Positions 55,663 to 64,000 of a stretch of 64,000 bases of DNA are shown piece after piece. The notes under the pieces are model-generated. The model was not told the DNA's origin. It did no database searches and saw only the letters and a program-made list of their open reading frames with translations. Numbering within the stretch: the first letter of the stretch is position 1; each line of letters opens with the position of its first letter. This DNA comes from Candidatus Acidiferrum sp. (GTDB lineage Bacteria > Verrucomicrobiota > Verrucomicrobiia > Limisphaerales > UBA11358), in contig DATJOW010000053.1 of NCBI GenBank assembly GCA_035506715.1, positions 21,904 through 85,903 of the forward strand. The letters are read 5' to 3'. A program made the translations under genes and the position numbers.

Positions 55663-57069
55663 ATGTCAGACCCAAAACAGAAACTGCTCCGTAACCTGCC
55701 CTCGGTCACCGAATTGCTGAAGAGCCAAACTGTCGCCGGCTGGCTTCAACAACAGCCTGCGCCGCTCGTCACCGATTGCCTGCGCCGCGCTCTCGCCGAA
55801 ACCCGACAACAGATTCTTGACGGCGAACGCCCGGGCAGCGCACCGGACATCAGCGCCGATGCTCTGTTAAACCGCGCCGCCGGCTTGCTGGAACGAGCCG
55901 CCGAACCCCGCGTGCGCGAAGCCATCAACGCCACCGGCATCATCCTTCACACCGGCCTGGGGCGCGCGGTGTTTCCCGCCGGCGTCGTGGACGCGATCGT
56001 TCCCGGGCTGAAAGGTTACGTGAACCTGGCCGTGGATCGCGATACGGGCGAACGCATCGAACGGGACGAGTTGGTTGAACCTCTGTTCACGGAACTGACC
56101 GGCGCCGAGGCGGCCACCGTCGTCAACAACAATGCCGGCGCCACGTTGCTGGTCCTGGCCGCGCTCGCCGCCCGGCGCGAGGTCATCGTCTCGCGCGGCC
56201 AGCTCATCGAGATCGGCGGCTCGTTCCGGCTGCCCGATGTGATGACGCAAAGCCGGGCGAAATTGGTCGAGGTGGGAACCACGAACCGGACGCACCTCAA
56301 GGATTATGAAACCGCCATCACGGAAAAGACCGCGGCGCTCATGCGCGTGCATCCGAGCAATTATCGCATCACCGGTTTCACCAGCGAAGTGTCGCTGGCC
56401 GAACTGGCCGAACTGGCGCACGGCAAGGGCTTGCTGTTGATTGACGATCTCGGGGCTGGCGCGCTGCTCGATCTGAAACCATTCGGCCTGCCGCACGAAC
56501 CGACCGTCCGCGAATCCATCGCGGCCGGGGCGGATGTGGTCCTGTTCAGCGCCGACAAGCTGATCGGCGCCAACCAAAGCGGCATCATCGTCGGCCGCAA
56601 GCAGGCCATTGCGAAAATCAGAAAGCATCCGCTGATGCGCGCGCTGCGGGTGGACAAGACCGCCGTCATGGTGCTCGAGCGCACCCTGCGTCTATTCCGT
56701 GACCCGGACCTCCTGCGCCGCGCACATCCGACGTATCGCATGTTGACCACACCGACGGACGTCTTGCAGAAGCGCGCCGAGGCGCTTGCCGCAGCCATCC
56801 GGCAAAAGGCGCCTAGGGCGAGCGCAGAAATTCAGGAGAGCAGTGCCTACCTGGGCAGCGGTTCGCTGCCGGAACAGGCCATCCCCAGTTTGGTCGTGAG
56901 CGTCTCGTTGCCCGGGCGGAAAGCCGCGGATCTGGCACGCGCGCTGCGCCTGGACCCGGCGTGTGTCTTCGGCCGCATCGAGCGCGACCAGGTTCTGCTC
57001 GATGTGCGCACCATCACCGATGAGCAGTTGCCGGCCATCGCCGGGGCCATGGGAAGGATCGCGGCGTGA
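55663..57069 (+). CDS. selA: L-seryl-tRNA(Sec) selenium transferase
   Basis: ATG at 55663. The N-terminus is LLRNLPSVTELLK and the PLP-lysine context is FSADKLIGANQSGIIVG. Confidence 0.9.
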   Translation: MSDPKQKLLRNLPSVTELLKSQTVAGWLQQQPAPLVTDCLRRALAETRQQILDGERPGSAPDISADALLNRAAGLLERAAEPRVREAINATGIILHTGLGRAVFPAGVVDAIVPGLKGYVNLAVDRDTGERIERDELVEPLFTELTGAEAATVVNNNAGATLLVLAALAARREVIVSRGQLIEIGGSFRLPDVMTQSRAKLVEVGTTNRTHLKDYETAITEKTAALMRVHPSNYRITGFTSEVSLAELAELAHGKGLLLIDDLGAGALLDLKPFGLPHEPTVRESIAAGADVVLFSADKLIGANQSGIIVGRKQAIAKIRKHPLMRALRVDKTAVMVLERTLRLFRDPDLLRRAHPTYRMLTTPTDVLQKRAEALAAAIRQKAPRASAEIQESSAYLGSGSLPEQAIPSLVVSVSLPGRKAADLARALRLDPACVFGRIERDQVLLDVRTITDEQLPAIAGAMGRIAA

Positions 57070-57077
57070 TGGGGAAT

Positions 57078-57172
57078 ATCGAACAACGAACAATGAACGG
57101 CGAACGCCGAACTTGCAAACCGGCCCCGTGCGGTCATTCGTTCGAGGTTCGAGGTTCGAGGTTGAGCGTTCC
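57078..57172 (+). repeat. inverted pair of 5 x 7-bp tandem arrays (nnCGAAC x5 ... 26-nt spacer ... GTTCGAn x5) in the selA-selB spacer
   Basis: The left array is 57078-57112 (ATCGAAC AACGAAC AATGAAC GGCGAAC GCCGAAC). The right array is 57139-57172 (CGTTCGA GGTTCGA GGTTCGA GGTTGAG CGTTCC). The right arm ends at the selB ATG (57173). Confidence 0.85.
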
Positions 57173-59134
57173 ATGTTGGATTTTATGAACGCCCCCCGCC
57201 GCAACATCATGCTCGGCACGGCCGGGCACGTGGATCACGGCAAAACCGCGCTGGTCAAAATGCTCACCGGCTGCGAAACCGACACGCTGGCCGAGGAAAA
57301 ACAACGCGGCTTGACCATCGACCTGGGCTTCGCTCCCTGCCGGCTGGCGGACAAACGCATTGTCGGCGTGGTGGACGTGCCCGGCCACGTGGATTTCATC
57401 CGCAACATGGCCGCCGGCGCACACGGCATTGATGTCGTCATCTTTGTCGTCGCGGCCGATGACGGCATCATGCCGCAAACCCACGAGCATCTCCACATTC
57501 TCACGCTCATGGGCCTGCGCCATGGCTTGGTGGCGCTGACCAAGATTGACCTGGTGGATCCGGCCCGGCGCGCGTTCGTGCTCCAGGACCTGCGGCGATT
57601 GCTCGCGAACACGTTCCTGGCCGAAGCGCCGATTTGCCCGCTGTCCAACGTCACCGGCGAAGGGTTCGACGCATTTTTCGACGCGTTGAACGACGTGGTC
57701 GCCCGCTGCGAGGATCGTCCCTGTGCCGGCTGTTTTCGCATGTGGGTGGAGGATGTGTTTACCATTCGCGGTTCGGGCACGGTCATCACGGGCATCCCCA
57801 CGCGCGGGCGCGTCCGGCCGGGCGATCACCTGCATTTGCTGCCGGCCGGCTTGTCCGGGCATGTCCGGCGGATGCAGGTTTACGGTGAAGACGCGGTGGA
57901 AGGACGCGCCGGAGAATGCGTGGCATTGAACATTCCTGAATTGGACCACGAAGCGGTGCGGCGCGGCATGGTCCTGAGCGAATCGAAGTTGCCGGCCCCG
58001 GTGACCATGGCCGAAGCCGAACTGCGCATCCTCGATGCCGTCAAAGGCAAGGTTCCCGATTACCTTGAGGCGCAGTTGCACGTCGGTACGGCAGCGGTAT
58101 CGGCCCATCTGGCAATGCTCGAAAACACCGAAATGGCCGGCGGCCAGAAACAGATGATCCAGCTCCGGCTGGCGGAACCGCTGGCGCTGGCACCCGGCGA
58201 ACGATTTGTCATCCGCGCCAATGTCGCCGGCTCCGGCATCGGCCTGACCACCATCGGCGGCGGTCAGATTCTTGGCATCGGCAACGTGCGCTTGCGCCGG
58301 AAAAAACAGTGGACGCTCGATCTGCTGGCAGCGCGGCGCAACGCCATCGGCGACCCGGTGCGCTGGGGCGAACTCATGCTGCGGGAAAGTACGCGGCCCG
58401 CAAGCATGGCCGAATTGCAGGAGAAATGCCTGATGCGCCCGGACGGGATGACCGCCCTGCTGGATTCATTACGCGCCGACGGCCGCGCGGTGCCGACCCC
58501 CGGCGGCGCTTGGCTGCACCGCGACGTCATTCAGAAAACCGCGACCGACATCCTCGCCGCCATTCAAGCGTTCCATTCCGCCAATCCGCAGCGGTCGGGC
58601 CTCGGACGGGAGGAATTGCTCGCCAGGCTGAAAACCGATGGGCTGTTGCTGGACGCGGCCGTGGAATCGCTGCTGCAGTCAAAACAGATCGAGCGGAACG
58701 GAACGGTTCTCGCACAGGCCGGGTCGAGCGCGCAGTTATCCGGGCGCGACCAGCAGTTGTGTGACCGGATTGCCGCGAAATTGCAGCAGTCCGGCTGGAC
58801 ACCACCCGCCCCGGAGGAACTGGCCGCAGCGCTCGGAGAACCGTTATCGCGCGTGACGGCGATGATCCGGCTGTTGACCGAGCGTGGCCTCGTCGTGCGG
58901 CTGGACGACCGGATCTGGATGCATCGTGACGCCGTGGAGACCGGCAAACAAACCGCCTTGAAACTTTTTGCCCGCGCGCCGATGTTTTCCACCATGGACT
59001 TCCGGGACGCCCTCGGCGTGAGTCGTAAATACGCCGTGCCGCTGGTGGATTATTTGGATAAAATCCGATTCACCGTCCGTTCCGGCAACCACCGGACCCC
59101 GGGGATGGAGGCGAAGAAACTGTTGAAACCGTAG
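57173..59134 (+). CDS. selB: selenocysteine-specific translation elongation factor
   Basis: ATG at 57173; the alternative is 57185. The G domain carries GTAGHVDHGKTALV, DVPGH and TKID. A long C-terminal winged-helix region follows. Confidence 0.9.
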   Translation: MLDFMNAPRRNIMLGTAGHVDHGKTALVKMLTGCETDTLAEEKQRGLTIDLGFAPCRLADKRIVGVVDVPGHVDFIRNMAAGAHGIDVVIFVVAADDGIMPQTHEHLHILTLMGLRHGLVALTKIDLVDPARRAFVLQDLRRLLANTFLAEAPICPLSNVTGEGFDAFFDALNDVVARCEDRPCAGCFRMWVEDVFTIRGSGTVITGIPTRGRVRPGDHLHLLPAGLSGHVRRMQVYGEDAVEGRAGECVALNIPELDHEAVRRGMVLSESKLPAPVTMAEAELRILDAVKGKVPDYLEAQLHVGTAAVSAHLAMLENTEMAGGQKQMIQLRLAEPLALAPGERFVIRANVAGSGIGLTTIGGGQILGIGNVRLRRKKQWTLDLLAARRNAIGDPVRWGELMLRESTRPASMAELQEKCLMRPDGMTALLDSLRADGRAVPTPGGAWLHRDVIQKTATDILAAIQAFHSANPQRSGLGREELLARLKTDGLLLDAAVESLLQSKQIERNGTVLAQAGSSAQLSGRDQQLCDRIAAKLQQSGWTPPAPEELAAALGEPLSRVTAMIRLLTERGLVVRLDDRIWMHRDAVETGKQTALKLFARAPMFSTMDFRDALGVSRKYAVPLVDYLDKIRFTVRSGNHRTPGMEAKKLLKP

Positions 59135-59210
59135 CGGCTTTCGGCAGAAAGCCGGATTATTTTTGACGTTTGCGGCGCTCTGCCGAGACGCCGCCACGAC
59201 AAAATATAAA

Positions 59211-60824
59211 ATGAAAATTGATCTGGCCCGACGCCGGCGCGTGATGGAGCGGTCGCAATTGCTCGGACATTGCATCTGTGACGTCCGGCGGCCGTGCCCG
59301 TGCGACGTGTTTCGCGACGACGGCATCTGCCCGTGTGCCGGCGAGCGCCCGGACCCGGTGGACCTGTCGCAGGTGAAATTGATGTCATTCGTCCGCAATG
59401 CCGGATGCGCGTCCAAGATTGCCCCGGCGGAACTTGACGCGGTGCTGGGCCGGTTGCCCGCCGTGAACGATCCGGCGGTGATATCCGGCTTGGCGGCTGG
59501 CGACGATGCGGCGATTTACCGGCTGTCCGATGACCTCTGCCTGGTGCAGACGGTGGATGTGTTCACGCCGTGCGTGGATGACCCGCATTTGTTCGGACGG
59601 ATTTGCGCGGCCAATTGCCTGTCGGACGTTTACGCGATGGGGGGGGAGCCGCGCACGGCCCTGAGCATTCTGGCGTTCCCGACCGAGAAACTCCCGGGCG
59701 AAGTGATGTACGAGATGCTCGCCGGCGCGATGGACGTTTTTGAGGAAGCCGGCGTGGCGCTCGTGGGCGGACACAGCGTCAAAGACGACGAAATCAAACT
59801 CGGTTTTGCGATCACCGGCCTGATCAATCCCAAAGTCGCCGCCGAATTGGAAACCCCAAAAGCCGGCGACGTGCTGGTACTGACCAAGCCGCTGGGCACC
59901 GGCGTGCTGACGTTTGCCCAACAAATCGGGCGCAGCAATTCGCCAGGCATGGCGGCCGCGGAAGCCTCAATGGTCACGCTGAACCGGGGGGCGGCGTCCG
60001 CGATGAAGGAAGCCGGCGCCTCGGCCTGCACGGACGTGACGGGTTTCGGGCTGTTCGCGCATCTGTATCGCATGCTGCGCCAAGGCAGACAGGGAGCGGA
60101 GGTGTTTGCCAACGCCTTGCCGGCATTCGACGGCGTGATGGCGGCCCTCGGGCAGGGCGTCATTCCGGGCGCCGTCGAGCGCAACCGCGAGTACGTGGGA
60201 GAAGCTCTCCGCATCGCGTCCGGCGTGGACGAAGCGTTGGTCAACCTGGGATTCGACGCTCAAACGTCCGGAGGCTTGTTAATTGCCATCCCCCCCGAGC
60301 GATTGAACGCGCTGCGCGAGGCCCTGGCCCGGTGTGGCGCAGGCGCGTTTGTGATCGGGCGAATTGCGGCAGACGCGGAGAAACAAATCGTGGTTCTGCC
60401 GGGCGGCGCGACTAAAGACAAAACCAAACCTGAGATTCATTCACCTGAAAGCAAATCCATGAAATCCTCCGCTACCGATTCCAATCCTCATCACGAAGGT
60501 TGTTGCGCGGACCTGTTCAAAGGCGACAGCGCGGGCAGTTCCGTCAACGAAACGCAAAAGGCGTTTGGCGCCCTGCTCCGGTCGGTGCAGGCCGGCGGCG
60601 CCCTGAGCGAGAAAGCCAAAGAGCTGATCCTGTTCAGCCTGGTCGTGCACAGCCGGTGTCAGCCGTGTTTTGATGCGCACTTCCGTCGCGCGCGCGAACT
60701 GGGTCTTACCGAGACAGAATTGGACGAGGCGGCCTGGTGCGCCATCGCCATGGGCGGCGCACCGGTGAAGATGTTTTATCAGGAGAATATGGAACGCTCC
60801 AAAAAGACCGAGGCGAAATTCTAA
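59211..60824 (+). CDS. selD: selenide, water dikinase fused to an N-terminal Cys-rich module and a C-terminal AhpD/carboxymuconolactone-decarboxylase-like CxxC domain
   Basis: ATG at 59211. The N-terminal module is HCICDVRRPCPCDVFRDDGICPCAG. The SelD core carries NAGCASKIAP (Cys codon TGC at 59406-59408), DDAAIY, VDVFTP, GGHSV and TDVTGFG. The C-terminal domain carries ELILFSLVVHSRCQPCFDAH. Confidence 0.85.
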   Translation: MKIDLARRRRVMERSQLLGHCICDVRRPCPCDVFRDDGICPCAGERPDPVDLSQVKLMSFVRNAGCASKIAPAELDAVLGRLPAVNDPAVISGLAAGDDAAIYRLSDDLCLVQTVDVFTPCVDDPHLFGRICAANCLSDVYAMGGEPRTALSILAFPTEKLPGEVMYEMLAGAMDVFEEAGVALVGGHSVKDDEIKLGFAITGLINPKVAAELETPKAGDVLVLTKPLGTGVLTFAQQIGRSNSPGMAAAEASMVTLNRGAASAMKEAGASACTDVTGFGLFAHLYRMLRQGRQGAEVFANALPAFDGVMAALGQGVIPGAVERNREYVGEALRIASGVDEALVNLGFDAQTSGGLLIAIPPERLNALREALARCGAGAFVIGRIAADAEKQIVVLPGGATKDKTKPEIHSPESKSMKSSATDSNPHHEGCCADLFKGDSAGSSVNETQKAFGALLRSVQAGGALSEKAKELILFSLVVHSRCQPCFDAHFRRARELGLTETELDEAAWCAIAMGGAPVKMFYQENMERSKKTEAKF

Positions 60825-60877
60825 ATGGCGGTCATTTTTTGAATTGGTCAATCGTCAATCCACCAGACACAACGAAA

Positions 60878-61657
60878 GTGAACAAATTATTCCTTCTCCA
60901 CCTCGTCTTGGCGCTCGCCGCAGCCAAACCGTTTGCCGCGCGCGCGGCCGGGAGCACCAATCAACCGGTCACCGCCGGCCAACCGTTTACCTGTGTACTC
61001 GTCCACGGCGCGTGGGGCGGAGGCTGGGATTGGAAACCGGTGGACCAGTTGCTGACGGCTGACGGCGACAAGGTTTATCGCGCCACCTTGACGGGGCAGG
61101 GCGAGCGTTCCCACCTCGCCAACACGAACATTGACCTGAACACGCACATCCAGGACATCGTCAACATCATCCAGTGGGAGGACCTCCATGACGTGGTGCT
61201 GGTCGGCCACAGTTACGGCGGCATGGTCATCACCGGTGTGGCTGACCGCGTGCCTGACCGGATCAAGCGCCTGGTTTACCTTGATGCGTTTGTGCCCAAC
61301 AATGGCGAAAGCGCTGACGCCATCCGCGGTCACACGGGGATTGATCTGCCGGCGACCAACGGCTTCATCCCCCCGGTGTGGGTCAAGGGCAACCCACCGC
61401 CGCCGCACGATGTGCCGCATCCGGCCAAGACCTTCAGCCAGCCCATCGTCCTGACCAACCAGGCCGTTGCCGGCAGATTACCGGTCACTTATATCCTGAC
61501 CGTGGATCCCGGCAAGTCTCCGGAACAGGACGCCTTTTACCCATTTTATGAACGCGCCAAGGCCCGGGGCTGGACCGCGATGGTCATGGAAGGCGACCAC
61601 AACGTGCAGCGGTCGCATCCCCGGGAACTGGTAAAGCTGATCGAACAGGAGCCGTGA
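60878..61657 (+). CDS. secreted alpha/beta fold hydrolase (esterase-like)
   Basis: GTG at 60878 gives a signal peptide. Motifs are CVLVHGAWGGGW and VLVGHSYGGMVI (GxSxG). Confidence 0.75.
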   Translation: MNKLFLLHLVLALAAAKPFAARAAGSTNQPVTAGQPFTCVLVHGAWGGGWDWKPVDQLLTADGDKVYRATLTGQGERSHLANTNIDLNTHIQDIVNIIQWEDLHDVVLVGHSYGGMVITGVADRVPDRIKRLVYLDAFVPNNGESADAIRGHTGIDLPATNGFIPPVWVKGNPPPPHDVPHPAKTFSQPIVLTNQAVAGRLPVTYILTVDPGKSPEQDAFYPFYERAKARGWTAMVMEGDHNVQRSHPRELVKLIEQEP

Positions 61658-61682
61658 GGGCTAACTGGCTGCTTTTCACACG

Positions 61683-61907
61683 TCATTCCTTGTCCAGCGC
61701 ATACGACTCCAAACGGCCGCACTGCGCACAGCGGAAGGTTCGGATGCGATAGATGGCCTTGCCTTCGGTCTTGACCCGGCCGAGAAACCCGATGACCGGC
61801 GCTCCGGCCACCCAGACGGAAATGCCATTGCCACTCTGGCTCTCAGAAGGCACGAATCCTTCCGCCATCTCCCCGCCGCACTGGGAACATTTGGTGGGTG
61901 GAACCAT
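61683..61907 (-). CDS. small zinc-ribbon protein
   Basis: 74 aa with CxxC pairs at both ends (CSQCGG ... CAQCGR). Confidence 0.5.
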   Translation of the reverse strand: MVPPTKCSQCGGEMAEGFVPSESQSGNGISVWVAGAPVIGFLGRVKTEGKAIYRIRTFRCAQCGRLESYALDKE

Positions 61908-62111
61908 AAGCGGTTTTAAAACGAACCGCCGGTGATCTCGTCAGCCGGATAGGGTTGAATCCTGTGCATGACGGAAAATTGTTCCGGTTCGTCCGGTTTG
62001 TCCAGCACCTTTTGGCCGCGAGGACGAAGACAGGTGTACGTCTCAACCTGCGCTCTTTAGAAATTTGTGGAATCCCCCTTTGCTAACTTGTCACGGGTCA
62101 ACCGTCACTGG

Positions 62112-63974
62112 TCACTTTTCCGGCTGCGCACTGACAAATTCCCGATGCAACCGGGCGTAAACGCCGCCCTGCCGCAACAGGGTTTCGTGCGTGCCGCGCT
62201 CCACAATCCGGCCCTGGTCCAGCACCAGCACCAGGTCCGCCCGCCGGATGGTGCTCAGCCGGTGCGCCACGATGAAGGCCGTCCGGCCGCGCAGCAGCCG
62301 CTCCAGCGCCCGCTGCAGCCGTGCCTCGGTGACGGTGTCAATTGCGCTCGTCGCCTCATCCAACACCACGATGCGCGGGTCGGCCAGCATCGCGCGGGCG
62401 AAGCATACCAGTTGGCGCTCGCCGAACGACAATGACGCACCGCGCTCGGCAACCTGCGATTGCAGCCCGTCCGGCAGGCCGTCCAGCAGCTCGGCGCAAT
62501 CCAAGGCCGCCAGGACCGCCCGCACGTCGGCTTCCGCCGCCGCCGGGCGGGCCAGCCGGATATTGTCCAGCACGGTGCCGGAAAACAGGAAATTGTTCTG
62601 CTGCACACTGCCCATTTGTGAACGGAGCGAATCGCCGGTGACCCCGTTCAAATTTGCGCCGTCCACAAGGATCTGGCCTTTGCCGGGCAGATAAAATTTC
62701 TGGAGCAGCGCCACCAGCGTCGTCTTGCCGCTGCCGGTGTGGCCGACCAGCGCCACCGTCTGGCCGGGCTCGGCAGTGAAGGAAATGCCGGTTAACACCG
62801 GCCGCCCCGGCTGGTATTCAAAATGCACGTCCCGGAATTCCACCCGGCCCTGGATGGCCGGCTGCGGTTTCGCGTCCGGCGCGTCCACCCATTCCGGTTG
62901 CTGGTCGAGCATTCGGAACAGCCGTTCCGCCCCCGCCATGGCCATAAACGCCTGGTTCAACTGGTTCCCGATCACCTGCACCGGGTCGAAGAACAGGTTG
63001 GCGAGAAAAAAGAACATTACCAGGTCGCCCACTTCCATGTGCAGCCACCCGTGCCAGCGCAAGGCTCCGAACGCACCCACCAGCGCCATGGCACCAAGGA
63101 AAAATTGGCTTTTCAATTGCAGCAGCGGCACGAACACCGCCGAGGCCTGGGCCACGCCCACGTTGTTTTCGCCATGCACGTCAATCAGCTTCCGGAAAAA
63201 ACCCGCGTTGATTTCGTGGCGCACGAAAGCCTGCGTCACCCGGATGCCGCTCACCGACTCGGCGAGGGTGGACGACACGCGGCTCCAGGATTCCTGGACG
63301 AGGCGCAGCCGCCGGCTCATCTCCCGCCGGTAATTCTCGTTCACCACCCAGATGATCGGCGCCAGCAGCACCATCAGCGAAAACAGTTTCCAATCGTACC
63401 ACGCCATCAACACCGCCGACGTCGTCATTTGCAGTCCCTGCACCACCAGGACAAAGGCCACGTCCTGCACGCCGGCGCGCACGCTGTCGATGTCCGACGT
63501 CATCCGGCTGATGATGCGGCCGAACTTGGTCTGGTTGAAAAACGCCATGGGCATGGTCATCAGCTTGCGAAACAAGTCCGACCGCATGTCGTGCACCACC
63601 GCCTCGCCGAGTTCGAGCGCGAACCGCTGGCGGAAGTGAAAGCAGCCCACCGTCACCAGCGCCAACGCGAAATACCCCGCCGCATAGCGGTAGATCCCCG
63701 GCAGGTCCTGCCCGGTAATCGGGCCATTGATGGTGCGGCCGATGAGCCAGGCCAGCGCCGGCAATTGCAGGCCGCGAATGAACGTCAACGCGAACAGCGC
63801 ATTCCGCTTGGCGGCATAGGGCCGGGTGTAACCGAAAATCCGGCGAATCAGCGTTATCTGCAGCGGCGCCTTGTCCGCTTCGCGTTCTTCCAGCGGATTG
63901 TAATACGTAATCGCCTCCCGCGCCGAAAGGTCTTCCTTCGCGGCGGGCAATGGTTTATTTGCTGACGCGCTCAT
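62112..63974 (-). CDS. ABC transporter ATP-binding/permease protein (MsbA-like exporter)
   Basis: 620 aa with six N-terminal TM segments. Walker A is GHTGSGKTT, the signature is LSFGERQ and Walker B is IVVLDEATSAID. Confidence 0.9.
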   Translation of the reverse strand: MSASANKPLPAAKEDLSAREAITYYNPLEEREADKAPLQITLIRRIFGYTRPYAAKRNALFALTFIRGLQLPALAWLIGRTINGPITGQDLPGIYRYAAGYFALALVTVGCFHFRQRFALELGEAVVHDMRSDLFRKLMTMPMAFFNQTKFGRIISRMTSDIDSVRAGVQDVAFVLVVQGLQMTTSAVLMAWYDWKLFSLMVLLAPIIWVVNENYRREMSRRLRLVQESWSRVSSTLAESVSGIRVTQAFVRHEINAGFFRKLIDVHGENNVGVAQASAVFVPLLQLKSQFFLGAMALVGAFGALRWHGWLHMEVGDLVMFFFLANLFFDPVQVIGNQLNQAFMAMAGAERLFRMLDQQPEWVDAPDAKPQPAIQGRVEFRDVHFEYQPGRPVLTGISFTAEPGQTVALVGHTGSGKTTLVALLQKFYLPGKGQILVDGANLNGVTGDSLRSQMGSVQQNNFLFSGTVLDNIRLARPAAAEADVRAVLAALDCAELLDGLPDGLQSQVAERGASLSFGERQLVCFARAMLADPRIVVLDEATSAIDTVTEARLQRALERLLRGRTAFIVAHRLSTIRRADLVLVLDQGRIVERGTHETLLRQGGVYARLHREFVSAQPEK

Positions 63975-64000
63975 TTGTGCCCATCCGACAGTTCGACGTT

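Overview
GC-rich bacterial chromosomal segment, roughly 60% GC or more by eye. One clearly lower-GC islet lies at about 31.3-32.4 kb. I call 57 protein genes and one tRNA-Leu(CAA). I recognised no rRNA, CRISPR array, transposase, integrase or phage gene.

Gene content and repeat types suggest a Verrucomicrobiota-like organism. The cues are a PEP-CTERM beta-propeller protein, an RRM RNA-binding protein, periplasmic HMA-like domains with an LCCxxC motif, and GC-rich palindromic and heptamer repeats. This assignment is inference only.

Most of the window is housekeeping: opgH, trxA, accBC, aroQ, holB, hisF, lptD, ribBA, a sigma-70, uvrD/pcrA and an MsbA-like ABC exporter. Carbohydrate-active enzymes are interspersed (PL10-like pectate lyase, GH97, a large GH106-like hydrolase).

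Four blocks deserve attention:
1. 50.3-55.5 kb holds a translationally coupled operon. It encodes three BcrC/BadD/HgdB-superfamily proteins (one of the YjiM/double-cubane type), an embedded SAM methyltransferase and one HgdC-type ATPase activator.
2. Directly downstream, 55.7-60.8 kb holds selA-selB-selD. SelD is a three-module fusion (Cys-rich N-terminal module, SelD core, AhpD/CMD-like CxxC domain). An inverted pair of 7-bp tandem arrays occupies the selA-selB spacer and abuts the selB start codon.
3. 18.8-24.2 kb holds a six-gene envelope lipoprotein cluster on the minus strand: LpoB-like, YcfL-like, TPR lipoprotein, CsgG-like, PEGA protein and a Pro-rich lipoprotein.
4. 44.6-49.2 kb holds a tandem duplication of a large Cys-rich secreted protein of unknown function.

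Several short repeat families are visible, and three of them sit in frame inside the uvrD/pcrA gene. All functional calls rest on motif recognition by eye; no database search was possible.
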